Assembly (NCBI GenBank): GCA_025201805.1
Contig: MU619255.1
Location: 175,034 to 238,462 of the forward strand
Reading direction: 5' to 3'
Length of the DNA stretch: 63,429 bases
From: Parasitella parasitica NRRL 2501
Taxonomy: Eukaryota > Fungi > Mucoromycota
How positions within the stretch are numbered: position 1 is the first letter of the stretch; each line of letters begins with the position of its first letter. The notes beneath the pieces are model-generated. The model was not told where the DNA came from. It ran no database searches and was given only the letters and a program-made list of their open reading frames with translations. A program made the translations under genes and the position numbers. Below, piece by piece: positions 1-12,514 of the stretch.

Positions 1-2
1 AC

Positions 3-575
3 ACTGTTGCCGGCAAGGAATTCTGGGACAACAACAACCAAAACAACTACCAAGTTGACATTGTGCCTGACGTCGAATTGGACATGTCTTCTTCTTCCTC
101 CTCCTCCTCCTCCTCAGACGACGATGATGACGACGATCACATATTCGAAGACTGCATCACTCATGATGAAGAAGAGGATGCTATTCAAGAACTGCAAGAT
201 AAACTGAAGCTTGCCAATCTTAAGGAAAGATACAGTCTCAACTCTGCTCCAATACAAAAGCCATGGTCTCCTCCTCTATCTCCCACTACGCCCGCTGATA
301 CTACGCCGTTGTGGATTAGTACCAGCAACAACAACAGCAAGAGCAGCAACGGCAGCGATAGCAGCAATTACTTTGTGGCAAAGACTCCAACAGCAGCGAC
401 AGCGCCAGCAAAGGAGCAGCCCACACCTAACGGCAATGATACTGCAGGTCAGTTCCACAATTTGATTCATAAATACTGCTTTTACAATGACCACAAGAGG
501 GCCTCCATTTTTACACCATACCACTCTGACCCTCCTCGCTGCTCATCTCCTACGCCAAGAGCTATCCGTTCTTGA
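3..575 (+). CDS. 3' part of a CBM21 domain protein (glycogen-targeting PP1 regulatory subunit-like); 5' end lies outside the window
   Basis: The frame is open from position 3 and reads TVAGKEFWDNNNQNNYQV, matching the CBM21 C-terminal WDNNxxxNY motif. A Ser/Asp-rich low-complexity tail follows, ending at TGA 573-575. Confidence 0.75.
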   Translation, partial: TVAGKEFWDNNNQNNYQVDIVPDVELDMSSSSSSSSSSDDDDDDDHIFEDCITHDEEEDAIQELQDKLKLANLKERYSLNSAPIQKPWSPPLSPTTPADTTPLWISTSNNNSKSSNGSDSSNYFVAKTPTAATAPAKEQPTPNGNDTAGQFHNLIHKYCFYNDHKRASIFTPYHSDPPRCSSPTPRAIRS

Positions 576-2384
576 AAACGCCCAAAAATACCCTGTAATT
601 CGTTTTTCTCATCATGTATTTTCTTACTACCCCTCCCCCCTCTCCCTCCCCCTCCTCCCTCATAAAAAAGTTTGTTTCTTTATCATTTGTTTATCGTTTC
701 TTACTAAAATAACCACATGTATTATGAACCCGAAATAAAAAATACTCAAAAATGTAACATACAAATGCTGTGGAATCTCCCATTTTGGCGGTTTATGCCG
801 GTTCACATTGGAATTTGTCGTGCTATTCCGATAAATTGTCGTAGTGTTTAACCCAAAATATCAGTAATGACACACCGATCTTGTTACGGCACCTCTAATT
901 GCAATTTTTTGCAGAATGCTCCTTTATCGTATTAACATGAAAGAAAAGAATTATTGATGGTGTCAAGCGCAGGCTAAAAGAAAACCGATCTAAACAGTTC
1001 AATTGATCCCAAGAGACATTGTAAACAAGTTTGGTACAAACTATACTTGCTGGTACTGTTACATTGACGGTAGGCCGGCTTCCTACGTAATGCTCCTTAA
1101 CCTGCAACGAAAACGTCCTTCAAAAGCTCTTTGAAGCAATTATATAACTAGGATGGAAATTCGATAGAGGCGATATCAAAAAGAGTAAGAATGCCTTCTG
1201 CTTTGTGAATCAGATCTATACAAAGACGCAAAACGCTTGTATTAGTTTGTGCAACTAATAACAAATAGAGCCAAATGACGATTTACTGTATTTCCCACTC
1301 TCAATTGGACAGATTTTTGAAAACGCTAGTCAGATTTTCCACTGAGAAAGTAATGTCGCCCTCCGAGGTAATATTTTGTGTCTATCTGTGTATTGCAATT
1401 ATTGGCAAAAATGTATATACAAAGAGTTTTTTCTTTCATTGCAGTATTAGTATTTTATGGCAACGAAAAAACCTCTACTGATCCTATTGCAGAGAAGTAT
1501 ATATAAAGTATTTTGACGACACCTCTTCAAATGTCATTATATCCTAGTCCATTGAACTTTAGAAATTTGTTTATACGCATGCCTTGTACATGTGTGCTTT
1601 ATTTAGAATGTGTTGAAACTTGTGAAATACAAAGTGCTTTTATTTCAATTCTATTGCGTTTTTTATTTTTTGATGAAAATTTTATTCAACATTTGAATGC
1701 TTCAGCATGTAAGAAACGCTATTTGATATAAGTACTCGTATTCCGAATGTAAAAATATCATTGCGGCAATGGTAGACCATACTTTTTGTTGGAAATAGCC
1801 TTGATGATGAGATTACAAAATAGACTCAAAACGGCTGCGAGTCTCTTCTCCAGAGTATCTTGAGTCCCATAGCGAGTAAAAAAAAAACAAAAGCAAATTA
1901 AAGATGCCCTCGATAGTTTTATATTAGAGAATTTTGGTCAGTATTCAGAATTACTATATAAATTTAAGATTGTTTACCTGGAGCAAGTTGGTACAGTTAA
2001 AAGGCTCCCTACGGTGTTGAAGACAAGATTCCTCCTGTTCCAATCAGCGTACCTTCGATGAGTCTAAAGTCCAGAGCTTTAAAAGTTTACACTCCTAAAG
2101 ATGTCAGTAGAGCGAGATCGAAACTTAGTAGATATTTAGACAACCTTCATGTCAAACCATGTTGAAAGTAGACAGACAGGGTTGTCGCTGTTTTGCCGAC
2201 TGTACATATGGTGGGAAGAAAAGTAAAAACAAAAAAAACAAAAAAAAAGTTGTAGAAAAAAGGCATTTCTGTATTTGGAGAAAATTCCATTTTTGGCAAC
2301 ACACAATATTTAGTATTATCGCATGATACAACAAAAACAAAAAGAAACAAAAAAAAACGCCATGATTTGGGATCTAATCATCGC

Positions 2385-3806
2385 TTATGGCGCTGCATCG
2401 ATATGAGGCCTTGCTTCTTTCGGTAAAGACGCCCTCTTGTGGGCTGCATTTTGCTTGCGACGAATAGCAGCAGGTACAAATGCAAGCGTTTCTTTTTCTA
2501 GATCTCTTAATTGAGGTTCGGCCGAAATGACAGGTGCACTTGCAGGCTGTTGTATTTGTGGTTGTTCTGACGTTGATTGTGGTCGCGGTTGTGGCTGTGG
2601 CTGTGGATAGTGAACTGGTGCCGAGAATTGTTGATCTAGATGAAACGAATGTTTAGATGACAGGTATAAGTTACTCAGGGCTGCAACTTACATGACATAA
2701 TGGGTGGTGGGGGAGGCGGTGCTGCCATCATTTGAGGTGGTCGGAATCCATATGGATTAGGCGGTGGAGGCGGTGGTACTTGATGCATTCTATGCCTATT
2801 CAACAATGGCCCTCCTGGTGGCGGTGGAGGAGGAGGGTTTCTGAATTGCTGCTGTATGATTGGATTTAATTGTTCTTCAAACGGCCTATAAGGTGGAGGG
2901 CCTGGTGGAAGAGGAATCTCGTATTCATCATCTGATTCAGTAAGTACCTTTGCAGCTGGTAAGGGTATTTCTTCTCCTTGAGTCTCCTCTTCTTCGTCTA
3001 CGCTAATATCATCTTCGCTTTGGTCGGAATCCTCAGAGCCATCACTCGAGCTATCTGAATTGCTGCTATCGCCCTCTTCTCCTTCTTTTGTCGACGCTGA
3101 TGCTGCCTTTTCTATATGCACAGAATATAAGCCGATTAATAAACGAGACGCATTTTTCATAAAAGCGAAATTCTGACCTTTTATCTTTGCCGGTACAAAC
3201 GCTCCACGGTTAGGATCATACACTAATTTTCTAGCTTCCCCATCATGTTTCTTTTCCTGTTCTTGCATACGGGCAGCATAGGCTGCTTGAGCACTATTTC
3301 GAGTTGTCAGTAATCATAAACCGAGCTTTCTTTGAAAAAAAAAAAAAAAAAAAAAACTTACCCTGTTAGCTCGGTTGCCTAGCATATTGCATCGACATCA
3401 GTATTGAATGGTAAGACAAGAAAAGGACTCTCTACTGTTAAACATACCTTTTTGGCCTTTTCAATCTTGCCGATTTCGCTTTTCAATTGATCCAAACGCG
3501 TTTGCCCTGCTTTATCCAATTGACCCATGTTGGATAGATGTTCTAATCTCGCCATTTCTTGTCGCACTTTGCCAATGTCCTTCTTTGCTAGCGCGGATTC
3601 ACGAACGCGCTTGCGGTCTTCTTTGTTCTGTATACATGGTTATAAATCGTTGTCAACCAGCCCGCTGCCAAACATACCTTTTTCAATTCTCGCTTACGCT
3701 GCTGTTTACCTGTCATCATTGTTAAATGTCGTTTATAACACTATCAAGCTCCAAATACTTTACGTAAGGCGTCAGCAGGATTCATGGATCGTTTTGATTT
3801 GCCCAT
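2385..3806 (-). CDS. WBP11: WW domain-binding protein 11-like splicing factor (multi-exon)
   Basis: N-terminus MGKSKRSMNPADALR|KQQRKRELKK matches the Wbp11 domain. Then YDPNRGAF..., an acidic stretch, EIPLPPGPPP and poly-Pro tracts, and the conserved C-terminal ISAEPQLRDLEKETLAFVPAAIRRK. Stop TAA at 2385-2387. Confidence 0.85.
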
Positions 3807-4612
3807 TGTTGTTATTCTTTGTTGCTAATGATGCTGAAAAAAGCAAAAGAAAAAAATTACCCGTTTAAAGTAGCAGTCGAGTCCAGCAAAAGTCATTTAT
3901 CCCAGTGGTGGGCAAAGGATGTGGACAACAACTCCCACAATATCAAGCACAAGTTTGTTGGAGTTTTTTTATGAGTGATGTAGAGACATTTACTGTAGAA
4001 ACAGAAATACACAATTTGCTTTGAAAATTTGAGCTATTCATATGATTCTCTGTTGAAAGGAGTACAGTTGATGATTATTTTATGGTTCTTGTTGATAAAA
4101 GAAGCCGATGATTTTGTAAGAAATCTCTCTTGTTGGTATGTGGACAATGGCGATTCATACTTACACTTTTTAATTAAAAAATTTGTGATGCTGTCTGCAT
4201 TCAGCTGGCCAGCGTAGTTCAAGCTGGAAATAATGGATATTGCTAGTAATCCAAGTTTTGTATACAGCGACCACGGTGGCAAATTATTGATTTTTGAATA
4301 ATAATCTTTATAGATTGAGGTCGAGACAGTGGATGATATTCAAATTTAAAGTTTATTATACTTGTAATTACATATGGTGTAGGGAATGGAGGATTTGAAA
4401 AAATGCTATTACAGAAATACATATTGTTGAATTTGTTATATGGAAAAAATAAAAAAATAAAATTAGATCTAATAAAATGGTTCATGTTAAATGAGATTGC
4501 TGTTTAAAGAAGGATAAACACCCGAAGGGAGTGATAGAATGTTTTCCGTCTCTGAAGCAAGATGGATTGTTGCATGTGTTGTAATATTTTCGTAGTAATA
4601 AGCGAGGGATAG

Positions 4613-7600
4613 TTACCCCATAGTTGCGATTGGATTTCCAGTTTTGCTGTGTTGGCTCTTGCGTTTGCGATATTGATGTCGATGTGTGTGGTCCTTTTCG
4701 AGCTTTGAGACATGATGTTTACCATTGCAGCACATGCGAACGTCCTCCAAGGCCTCGTCGTCTTCATCCAAGTCAATATGGTCATCTCCCGTTGAAGTCG
4801 TCATGGAAGGCGCTGAGGTGGAAACGGAAGGCTGTTGAAATACGTCATGAATGCGACGGAGGCCAGGTCTATTCAGTAGTGAGCCGCTGTTTGCGCTTGA
4901 AATAGATCTATTGGCCACTGTATTGTCTGCTCTTTTGTTTGAATCACTTAATAATGTCAAGCCAGTATTGGTGCCATTGGTGTTGCGAGCGATCAGATAT
5001 GAAATAGACTGTAATCATATTTAGCATTGTGTTTGAGAAATTCAGCATGCAGTATTTACCTCTAACCAACGATCATGTTTTTCCACAGTGGGAGCAGTCA
5101 GCTTGATTTGGCGCTGACTAGTCTGGATCAAAAGACTGACGTTTGGAAGGCCATTGGCATTGGAGGTATAATCAGGAACAGCCGTGATATCTTCAATCAG
5201 AGCTAAAATAACAGGGTCAGAAAAGCCTATATTCAAAGATGACTTTTTTTTTTTTTTTTGCATCTTCCACTTACCACACTTGGCCTTTGCTTCATGTCCA
5301 TTGCCATTGCCACCAGGGCCGCTTCTTGACCAATACAAGGTGTTTGTATAAGGATGGATCCAGAAATAGCGCTGGTGTCTGTTTTCAGATAAACCACCAC
5401 CAACTGCTTTTCGAGTGTACTTGTACATCCAATCACCAATCATGGTCTGTGTGACCAAGTTGATCGTGCTGGGATCCGTCGTTCCTGCACCTGTACTGGC
5501 ACGTCTGCTGGGATCGTACTGAGACGAGGTAATGGACTGCAATTGCTCATTGGTGTTGCTGGTCGACATGCTTGAGGCACTGACGGATCCTCTCTTGATG
5601 AAATCCAAGCGCGATGAAGTGGGCTGGATATCATCATTGGTAGGTGATGATAAATGGGATTGAGAGTCGTATGGTGCTTTACCCTTGGAACTGGGAACAG
5701 AGACTTGAGACATGGCGCGTTCATTAAAGGTTGGTGAAAGAGCAGCCCGTGAGAGCAGTGCAGCAGGAGGTGGATTGGCAGGTCGCACAGGGATATCAAG
5801 GATCCTATCCTCTTTGCCGTCCTCATGTTCGCCAGTAGAAAGCTCGTCAGGCTCTTTTTCGTGAGTGATCAATGGGCCCAACGATAACTCGGAAGCACGA
5901 TATGTAGGTCCTTGTTGCTCTGCTTCCATGTTGCGAGGAGCTTGCTCGTGATGGCCAAGAGCGGTCCATCCCTCCAATTCGCGCTGTTGTTGACGTTTTT
6001 CATGGTACGGCGAGGAGGTGATAGTGTCTTCTTCACGAGGTAAGTGGACAACTACATTGCCATAATCCTCTTCGCTAGCGAGTTCTTCGTCGTCTCCTGA
6101 AGCAATGCCAGACGAATGAGAAGCAACAGCTGAGTCAGTGTCGCGCTTGGGCGCAGTGCTGATGTTGCTGTTACTGTTGAGGCTCATGTCACAAGTATGT
6201 CGCTTGGGGTCATTTTCGAAATCATCTGCTCCTGAAATGTCCGCAGCGGATTTCTGCTGCAAGGCCGCAGCACTGGCAATCGCCGCAGCGACCGCTGATG
6301 CAATGAGAGCATCAGTTTCTGCCTTAGTGTATAGTTTTTCAGACACAGCTTTGTCAACGGTAGCAACGTTGTGTTTGTGTTCAGAGGTGATTCCACGAGA
6401 TGTTGGTTTGGCATTGTCAAGAACAGCAGTATTCCCGAGAGAGTTTTGGCTAGCAGGCTTTGACTCTGCTGAAGCGTCAAAGAATTCCTCATCGGCATCC
6501 TCTGCTATTATCCCTTTGCCACTTGTAACAACAGGAACAGGAAGGATAGTGTTCGTTGGCGATGCTGCGGGTTCTTCATATTGCACTTGAGCATCCTTGA
6601 CCTCAACCGCATTAGCAGTTGCAGGCTCGTCGCTTTGGACACCACACTCTAATGTTTCAGCTACTGCAGACTGTGTGCTGTGATCAATACCAAAGGGAAT
6701 GTCATATTGCGTCTCATGGTCCAACTTTGCAGCGGCCTCGCATTGCGTTGATTCATCTGATGTTTGAGCATCCTCACTCTGAGTGCCTATGCTGTTTTGT
6801 TGTGCGGCTAATTCCTTGTTTGCCAAGGTGCTTGCAGCAAGAGCGGCAGCAGCTATTGGATTTGCATTAATATACCTATGCATGCCACTATTTATATTAT
6901 ATGTTGACATACCTAATTCGAGCTCCTCCTCCGACTCTTCATGCTGTACACTTGCATCTGCGGTTTCAATAGCTTCATGCTGTACATCGGTGTCTTTGGT
7001 TTCCACAGGGTCGATTTGGACAGAAACATCAACAGTTTCAACTTGACTCTGAACTCCACAGTCTGTGCCTGTGACAGACTCACATTGAATCTCATGGTCC
7101 ACCACGGCTACTGGGTCGAATTGGGTTTCCTGGCTGATAGCAGACTCAATAGCTTCTTTACGAGATGCAGCAATGGCGGCGGCAGTTGCAGCAATAGCAA
7201 TAGAGGGATCCTCAGGATCACATTGTGTTCCTTGCTGAATACCAGATTCAATAGAGGCTAAACGAGCACTAGCAATTGCAGCAGCGGTGGTTGCGGCAAT
7301 GGCAGCGTCGGCAATGGAAGGATCCTCAGTCTCACTTTGAGTTTCTTGGTGTACTGCAGAATCAAGGGCTTTCTTGCGAGAGGCCAAAATGGCACCGGTG
7401 AGCTTGGCTTCAGCGATGGAAGGGTCTTCAGGATCACATTGAATCCCTTGGTCGATAGCAGATTCCAATGCAGCATTTCTTGACGTGACAAGAGCGCTGG
7501 CAATGGCAGCTTGTTGAATAGAAGGGTCTTCCGGCTCGCATTGGATTTCTTGACTAACTGCAGATTCAAGAGCAAGCTTGCGGGATGCGGCGACAGCAGA

Positions 7601-10235
7601 AGCAGCGGCTGCCTTGGCAATAGAGGGATCTTCAGCCTCACTCTGGGTTTCTTGATCGACAGAAGATTGTAACGCCTTTTCACGAGAAGCTAAAATCGCG
7701 GTAGCAAGAGCTGCTTCAGCGATAGAAGGGTCTTCAGGCTCAGACTGGACTTGTTGATCTACAGCGGCATGCAGCGCAGCCTTACGAGATTCAGCAATAG
7801 CGGCAGCAAGAGCATTGGCAGCAATAGAAGGATCTTCGGGCTCCATATCCGCAGAGTTCAGAGTAGCATCTTGCAATGTCACCTTTGACTTTGGCTCGAC
7901 ACTAATGGCTTCAATGGTTACTTGGTCCAGTTCATGGGCATCTGTTTGGGTATAGATTTCATTAGCAATCGGCTTGGGAGGTTCCTCAGTTTGGGTAGAA
8001 ATCTCGATCCCTGCTTTTTGGTCATTGCTATTGAAAATAGCACCCAAACCGAGAGCAGCAGCAGCACCAGCAACCAAACCACCGGCGACACTCTTTGCGG
8101 AATCAGTCGTAGTAGAGGCCTCTTTTTCAACAGTAGACGATGGTGATCTTGACATGGCCATACCCAGTTCATCGCCCAGAGACCGAGGAGCAGCTGATGT
8201 TCCTGAATTAGCCATAGTAGCCAATGACTGCAGTTGGTCAATCGAGTCTGTGTTCATTTGCGCATCGACGACAACGGGCTTCTGTGCTTGACTTTGGGAG
8301 AGCTCTGATGACAAAGGCATAAATCCAATGGCTGGTGCCTTTTTACTTGCTTTGTTGCTAAAAGCGTCTGCATCGCTTTCATCAAAACTGTCCAATTCAC
8401 TGTCGTCGTTGTCTGACATGGAGGTGTAGGAATAAACTGAATCGTTGTCACCGGTAGCCCTGGATTTCACCATTTTGCTGCTGGTGCTGCGCTTAGGATC
8501 AAGCGCTTTCTTTCCTCTTCGCTTTGACGACGATGAAGTGGACGCTTTATGTGGTCTGCGAGCTCCAAACTGGCCATCTTCGGCTTTCAAATTTGCGGTT
8601 GACGATGATCCGCCAGTGGACCGAGCAGGGCCTGCATCTACCCACATGCGAGGGTCATTTTGTAGCTGTTCAATGGTTTCCTGCGACTCGGCCAAGAGTT
8701 TTTTGAATTCGAACTTCTCTGTCTTCTCCTTGTGGAAACTCGACCGCAAGTTGGAAATAATACGGTGGGCATGAGCCAATGAGGTCTTGAGAGTATCAAC
8801 CTCCAAGGCTTGGTTGCGCGCAGGAGTTTGCTTTGGCGACGAGGGCGGCGACGAAGTAGGTGACGAGTCATTCATGACAGCCAACGTACTCTTTGCTTGG
8901 TCCCCATCAGTTTGCTCCTTCTCCGCACGGCGATGACTAGCATCTGCCTCCATCGACGCATGTTTGCCGATGCGCGATTGTGCTTTTGCAATCGCAAGTT
9001 CTGATGTCAATGCTTCGATTTGTTTAGACTGGTCTGATTTCTCTCGCTGGATGCCTGCTGCATGTCTACGTAAAGATGACATATCCTGCTCATGACGTTG
9101 CTTCATGTTATCAATCGTTGCTGACAACTTTTCTTCTCTATCACGCAGGTGCTCTATCTCTGATCGGAGCTCATGGACCTGCTTTGCCAGCTTGTTTTGC
9201 TCGGCATTTGCTTTGGTCAAGTTGGTTTGCAGATCAGTGACGCTGACAACCAACTCTTGCTTAGCAAGTTCAAGATTCCAGGTTTCTTCCTTTAGTTTTT
9301 CTACGCACGACACGTTGAGTTGAGAGAAATCATGTCTAGACGCAATACTACCTTCATTCTCTTCTCTTTGTCGCATCTGCTTGGCCATGGCTTCAGCAGC
9401 TCTCTCAAGATCCGCCTTCTGATTCTCTAAAGTTCGAAGCTTTTCCTCTTTCTCTTGCAGTAATGCTTGCATCTTTCGCACTTCCAGCAGCAGCCCCTGT
9501 CCAATCTCTGTAGCAAACTCAATATCGGTGTTTCTACGGTCTGTATTCGGTATCTTTGATCGGCGTTTAGTGGGCGTTGACCCTGTCGGTGGTGGCGGTA
9601 AAGGAAGCATCGATGTGGAATCGTGTCCATGAGCGGGTGGTAAAAGAGTAGATGTAGTTGGACTAGGCAAAGGGTCCAAACTTGTGGAGCTTGTTGAGGT
9701 TGTGGTATGAGTTGGGGAGCGCTGGTTCAGCAACTATGATGGTTTTATAGGGAGGGAGGAAATGACAATCAGTAAAAATTAGGAGATCTCAACCACCAGT
9801 GAAACTGCTCTGTATCTCCTTAATTTATATATATATATATACCTTTTCTTTATTGCGGATAGATGATATACCAGGTGATAGCGGATGTGATCTATACGAC
9901 GTTAAATCCCTCTCTAAAGTCCTCAGCCTGTCTACAGATGATGTCGGTTGTAGCTCCTCATTGCTGATATTGCTATCCATCTCTTTAAGACGATCTTGGA
10001 GTTGGCTTACTTGTCTAGCCAGCACATTTTTTCCAATCCCGCTATTGGATTCCTGCAATTGCTGCTGCTTGTCCTTCAGTTGCTGCTCAAGGTCTTGTCT
10101 CATTTGAGATTGCTTATTATGGTTCAGCTGTCTTAACGATACAGATGTCGATGATGATGGCGTTGGCAATACTTGCTGAGACGCATTGCCTGACGTTGGT
10201 GAGGATAATGAATGTTTGGGGGGAGGTGAACTCAT
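4613..10235 (-). CDS. NUM1: Num1/ApsA/Mcp5-like cortical dynein anchor (coiled coil, central repeats, C-terminal PH domain); multi-exon
   Basis: DIEFATEIGQGLLLEVRKMQALL begins the conserved coiled coil, which includes LAHAHRIISNLRSSFHKEKTEK. The C-terminal Mcp5-type PH domain reads ITQTMIGDWMYKYTRK-like (VTQTMIGDWMYKYTRK)...RHQRYFWIHPYTNTLYWS...RQIKLTAPTVEKHDRW. Joins ORFs 9825-10235, 5042-9733 and 4613-4960 via GT-AG introns. Confidence 0.85.
7115..7843 (-). repeat. Seven tandem ~34-codon coding repeats (EPEDPSIA...ASRKxALxSAVxQExQx) within the Num1-like gene
   Basis: Visible in the translation: EPEDPSIA, EPEDPSIA, EAEDPSIA, EPEDPSIQ, DPEDPSIA, ETEDPSIA, DPEDPSIA at 34-aa spacing (one unit is 38 aa). 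Confidence 0.9.
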
Positions 10236-11019
10236 GGTATTTTTGTATCCTTTGTGAAAAGGGTATTAAGGCTTATAAGACGAAAGGAGTGTGTGTGTTG
10301 TTTTTAATAGAATAATAATTAATGAGTGTTGTGTGTAGGAAATAGAAGCCACTATTATTGTTATATCTTTTTGTACAGGTCAAAATCAATTGACTTTTTC
10401 CATACAAGATAAAAGGGTAACTTTGATAAAATACAACAAAACACAAGGAATATATTTATAAGAAGAAAAAGAGGAAAAGAAGAAAAATAATTGATTATTC
10501 CAAAATTTAAAGTAAAAATAAACAGAAAAAGAAAAGGGGGGGAAGTTCAAATGCTTATTGAAGCTCGTTTTTTCTCTCAAATATGAAGTGCAAATTGTCG
10601 TGATCAAGTTAAACTATATTGTCTTTGTATCACAAATACCGTACAGTGTCTAGCTTCCTTTCCCAAAATAGTAACCATACATTCATTCATCTTCTTTTAC
10701 ATTCATGAAGCAAGGGGCCAGAGTGTGAAAAGGGAAGAAAAGGGGGGGGGGGGGCATGTCTGTACGTTTATAAAATGTATATGAAATGTGTATGAAATGT
10801 GGTTTTTTTAGTGCAAAGTAAACACTTGATCACAATTATCTGATATCAAATGTATGTAGTCTAATTTAAGAGCGTGATATTGGTACATAAAACAAATTTC
10901 AAATTTACCATCATAAAACCATACAGGGGCATGAAACATTGATAAAAATTTCTTCGCTCTTGATTTGACGTTAACATCTACCAGCAGATATTTGCGATTT
11001 AGCTTTTTTTTTCATCATT

Positions 11020-11850
11020 TTGTCACTCATGTGCAATGTTTGCGGACAATATGCACAGGATACGGGCGAATGTCATATGAATCAAAATCACATGAATCAA
11101 AATAGATGCAGCTAAACTTGACTTTATTTCACATTGGATAAAGAGTCTGCTAATGCCTTGGGAGCACTGTAGATCACCTCATCGGAGATCATGGTAGATT
11201 TGGCCAGAATGCCAAGGGGTAACATTGTACAGGTAAATACAAACAGCTATATCACATCTGGCTGGCGTAAAAACGAACTACATGAGATCGAGAATCACCA
11301 ATGCTTGACATTTTGCTTGCTTTTCAATGATTGATTGAGAAAACTCTGTTGTCCCGGTGAAGATTTTACTCTACCATTATATGCTTGAATCCAAGACTTC
11401 TTTCCAACAGTGTATTGGCCCAATATGTTACGTCCACCAGTTGATAGCTTTCTGTTTCATATTATAGGTAGCATTGATCTGATAAGGACCCTACAATGGC
11501 GACTTTACAAGCTGCATGCCTTTGAAAAAAAAAAAAAAAAAAAAAACCCAGTTGATTTAGTGCCATAACGGTCTGTGGTTTTTTAGGAATGTGATAGATA
11601 TTATTTTAAAGAGAGATTAAGATCTAACTGACTTTATCAAGTTAAGATGCTTTACATATAATTGCATCTGACACAGTGATTTGGAGGATGATGGCGACAT
11701 CCAGAAGACAGAATGGATTGTTTTGTTTTTCCAAATGTCATTATGTCCTGTTCATTGTATTTAAAGATATGGGTACATGCTGACATAAGGTTCCATGATC
11801 TGATGTTTTTACTCCTGTAATGAGTTTAGTGATTTGGCATCTAATTTTGG
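11020..11850 (-). pseudogene. Decayed malic enzyme (C-terminal NAD(P)-binding domain) relic
   Basis: Minus-strand fragments in different frames appear in malic-enzyme order: NEQDIMTFGKT, HSVFWMSPSSSKSLC (cf. PIIFPLSNPTSKAEC), STGGRNILG...AYNGRVKSSPGQ (cf. TNGRAIFAS...YNGKxYxPGQ), LGILAKSTMISDEVIYSAPKALADSL (cf. LGAILSKxxxIxDEMxYAAAKALA), ARILCILSANIA. Frameshifts and stops are present. Confidence 0.55.
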
Positions 11851-12514
11851 AATTAATACACTTTTTTTTTAAATCAAATAAATGAGACATAAGATGAAAG
11901 CTATTATTTTTTCTAGCACTTTATACATAGCGCCTCTTTTTTTTTATTTTTTTATCCAAGGTATTGTCTGTTGAAGCGAGAGTTAAGAGGACCAAAAATA
12001 TTAATTAGGATGTAACACGAATTTTGCTCAATTTTCGGTTCACCAGCAAGTTATGGCTTAATATTAATGCATTATGAAGTGTTCATATATGCGTTATATA
12101 TGTAATTTTATACGAAAACAACTATCATTTTTTTTTTCATACCTTCTTTATAAATATTGTTTTGGAATTTAATAATTTTCAAGCTTTAAAAATCATTAAA
12201 AATGGGCGAAATGAACGCAAAAATTGATTTATAATACTACTGATCAATTAAATTCGAAAGAATACTGCAAAGGTGGTCAGATGTACTCAATTGAGCTGAA
12301 TCTCATCGAAATTCTATAATTTAAATTTTCAGAGACACATCAGAGCCAACGCAGAGTGAATACCGTACTCTTTTCCAAAAGTCGAATTGGATATGGAGCC
12401 GGATAAAGCGTTATCAGCAAAAGCTCTCGATAAAAACCCTTTAAATCCCTTATCCACTAATTCAAGTGATATTATGTGTATGGTTTTAACTTTACTGATA
12501 TATGTGAGGTTTAT

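Noticed and set aside
780-2140. Patches of coding-like sequence between the CBM21 gene and WBP11
   Set aside because: No recognisable motif or consistent exon chain; cannot support a call.
3900-4340. Coding-like fragments between the WBP11 start and the Num1-like gene end
   Set aside because: Stops in all frames and no identifiable family.
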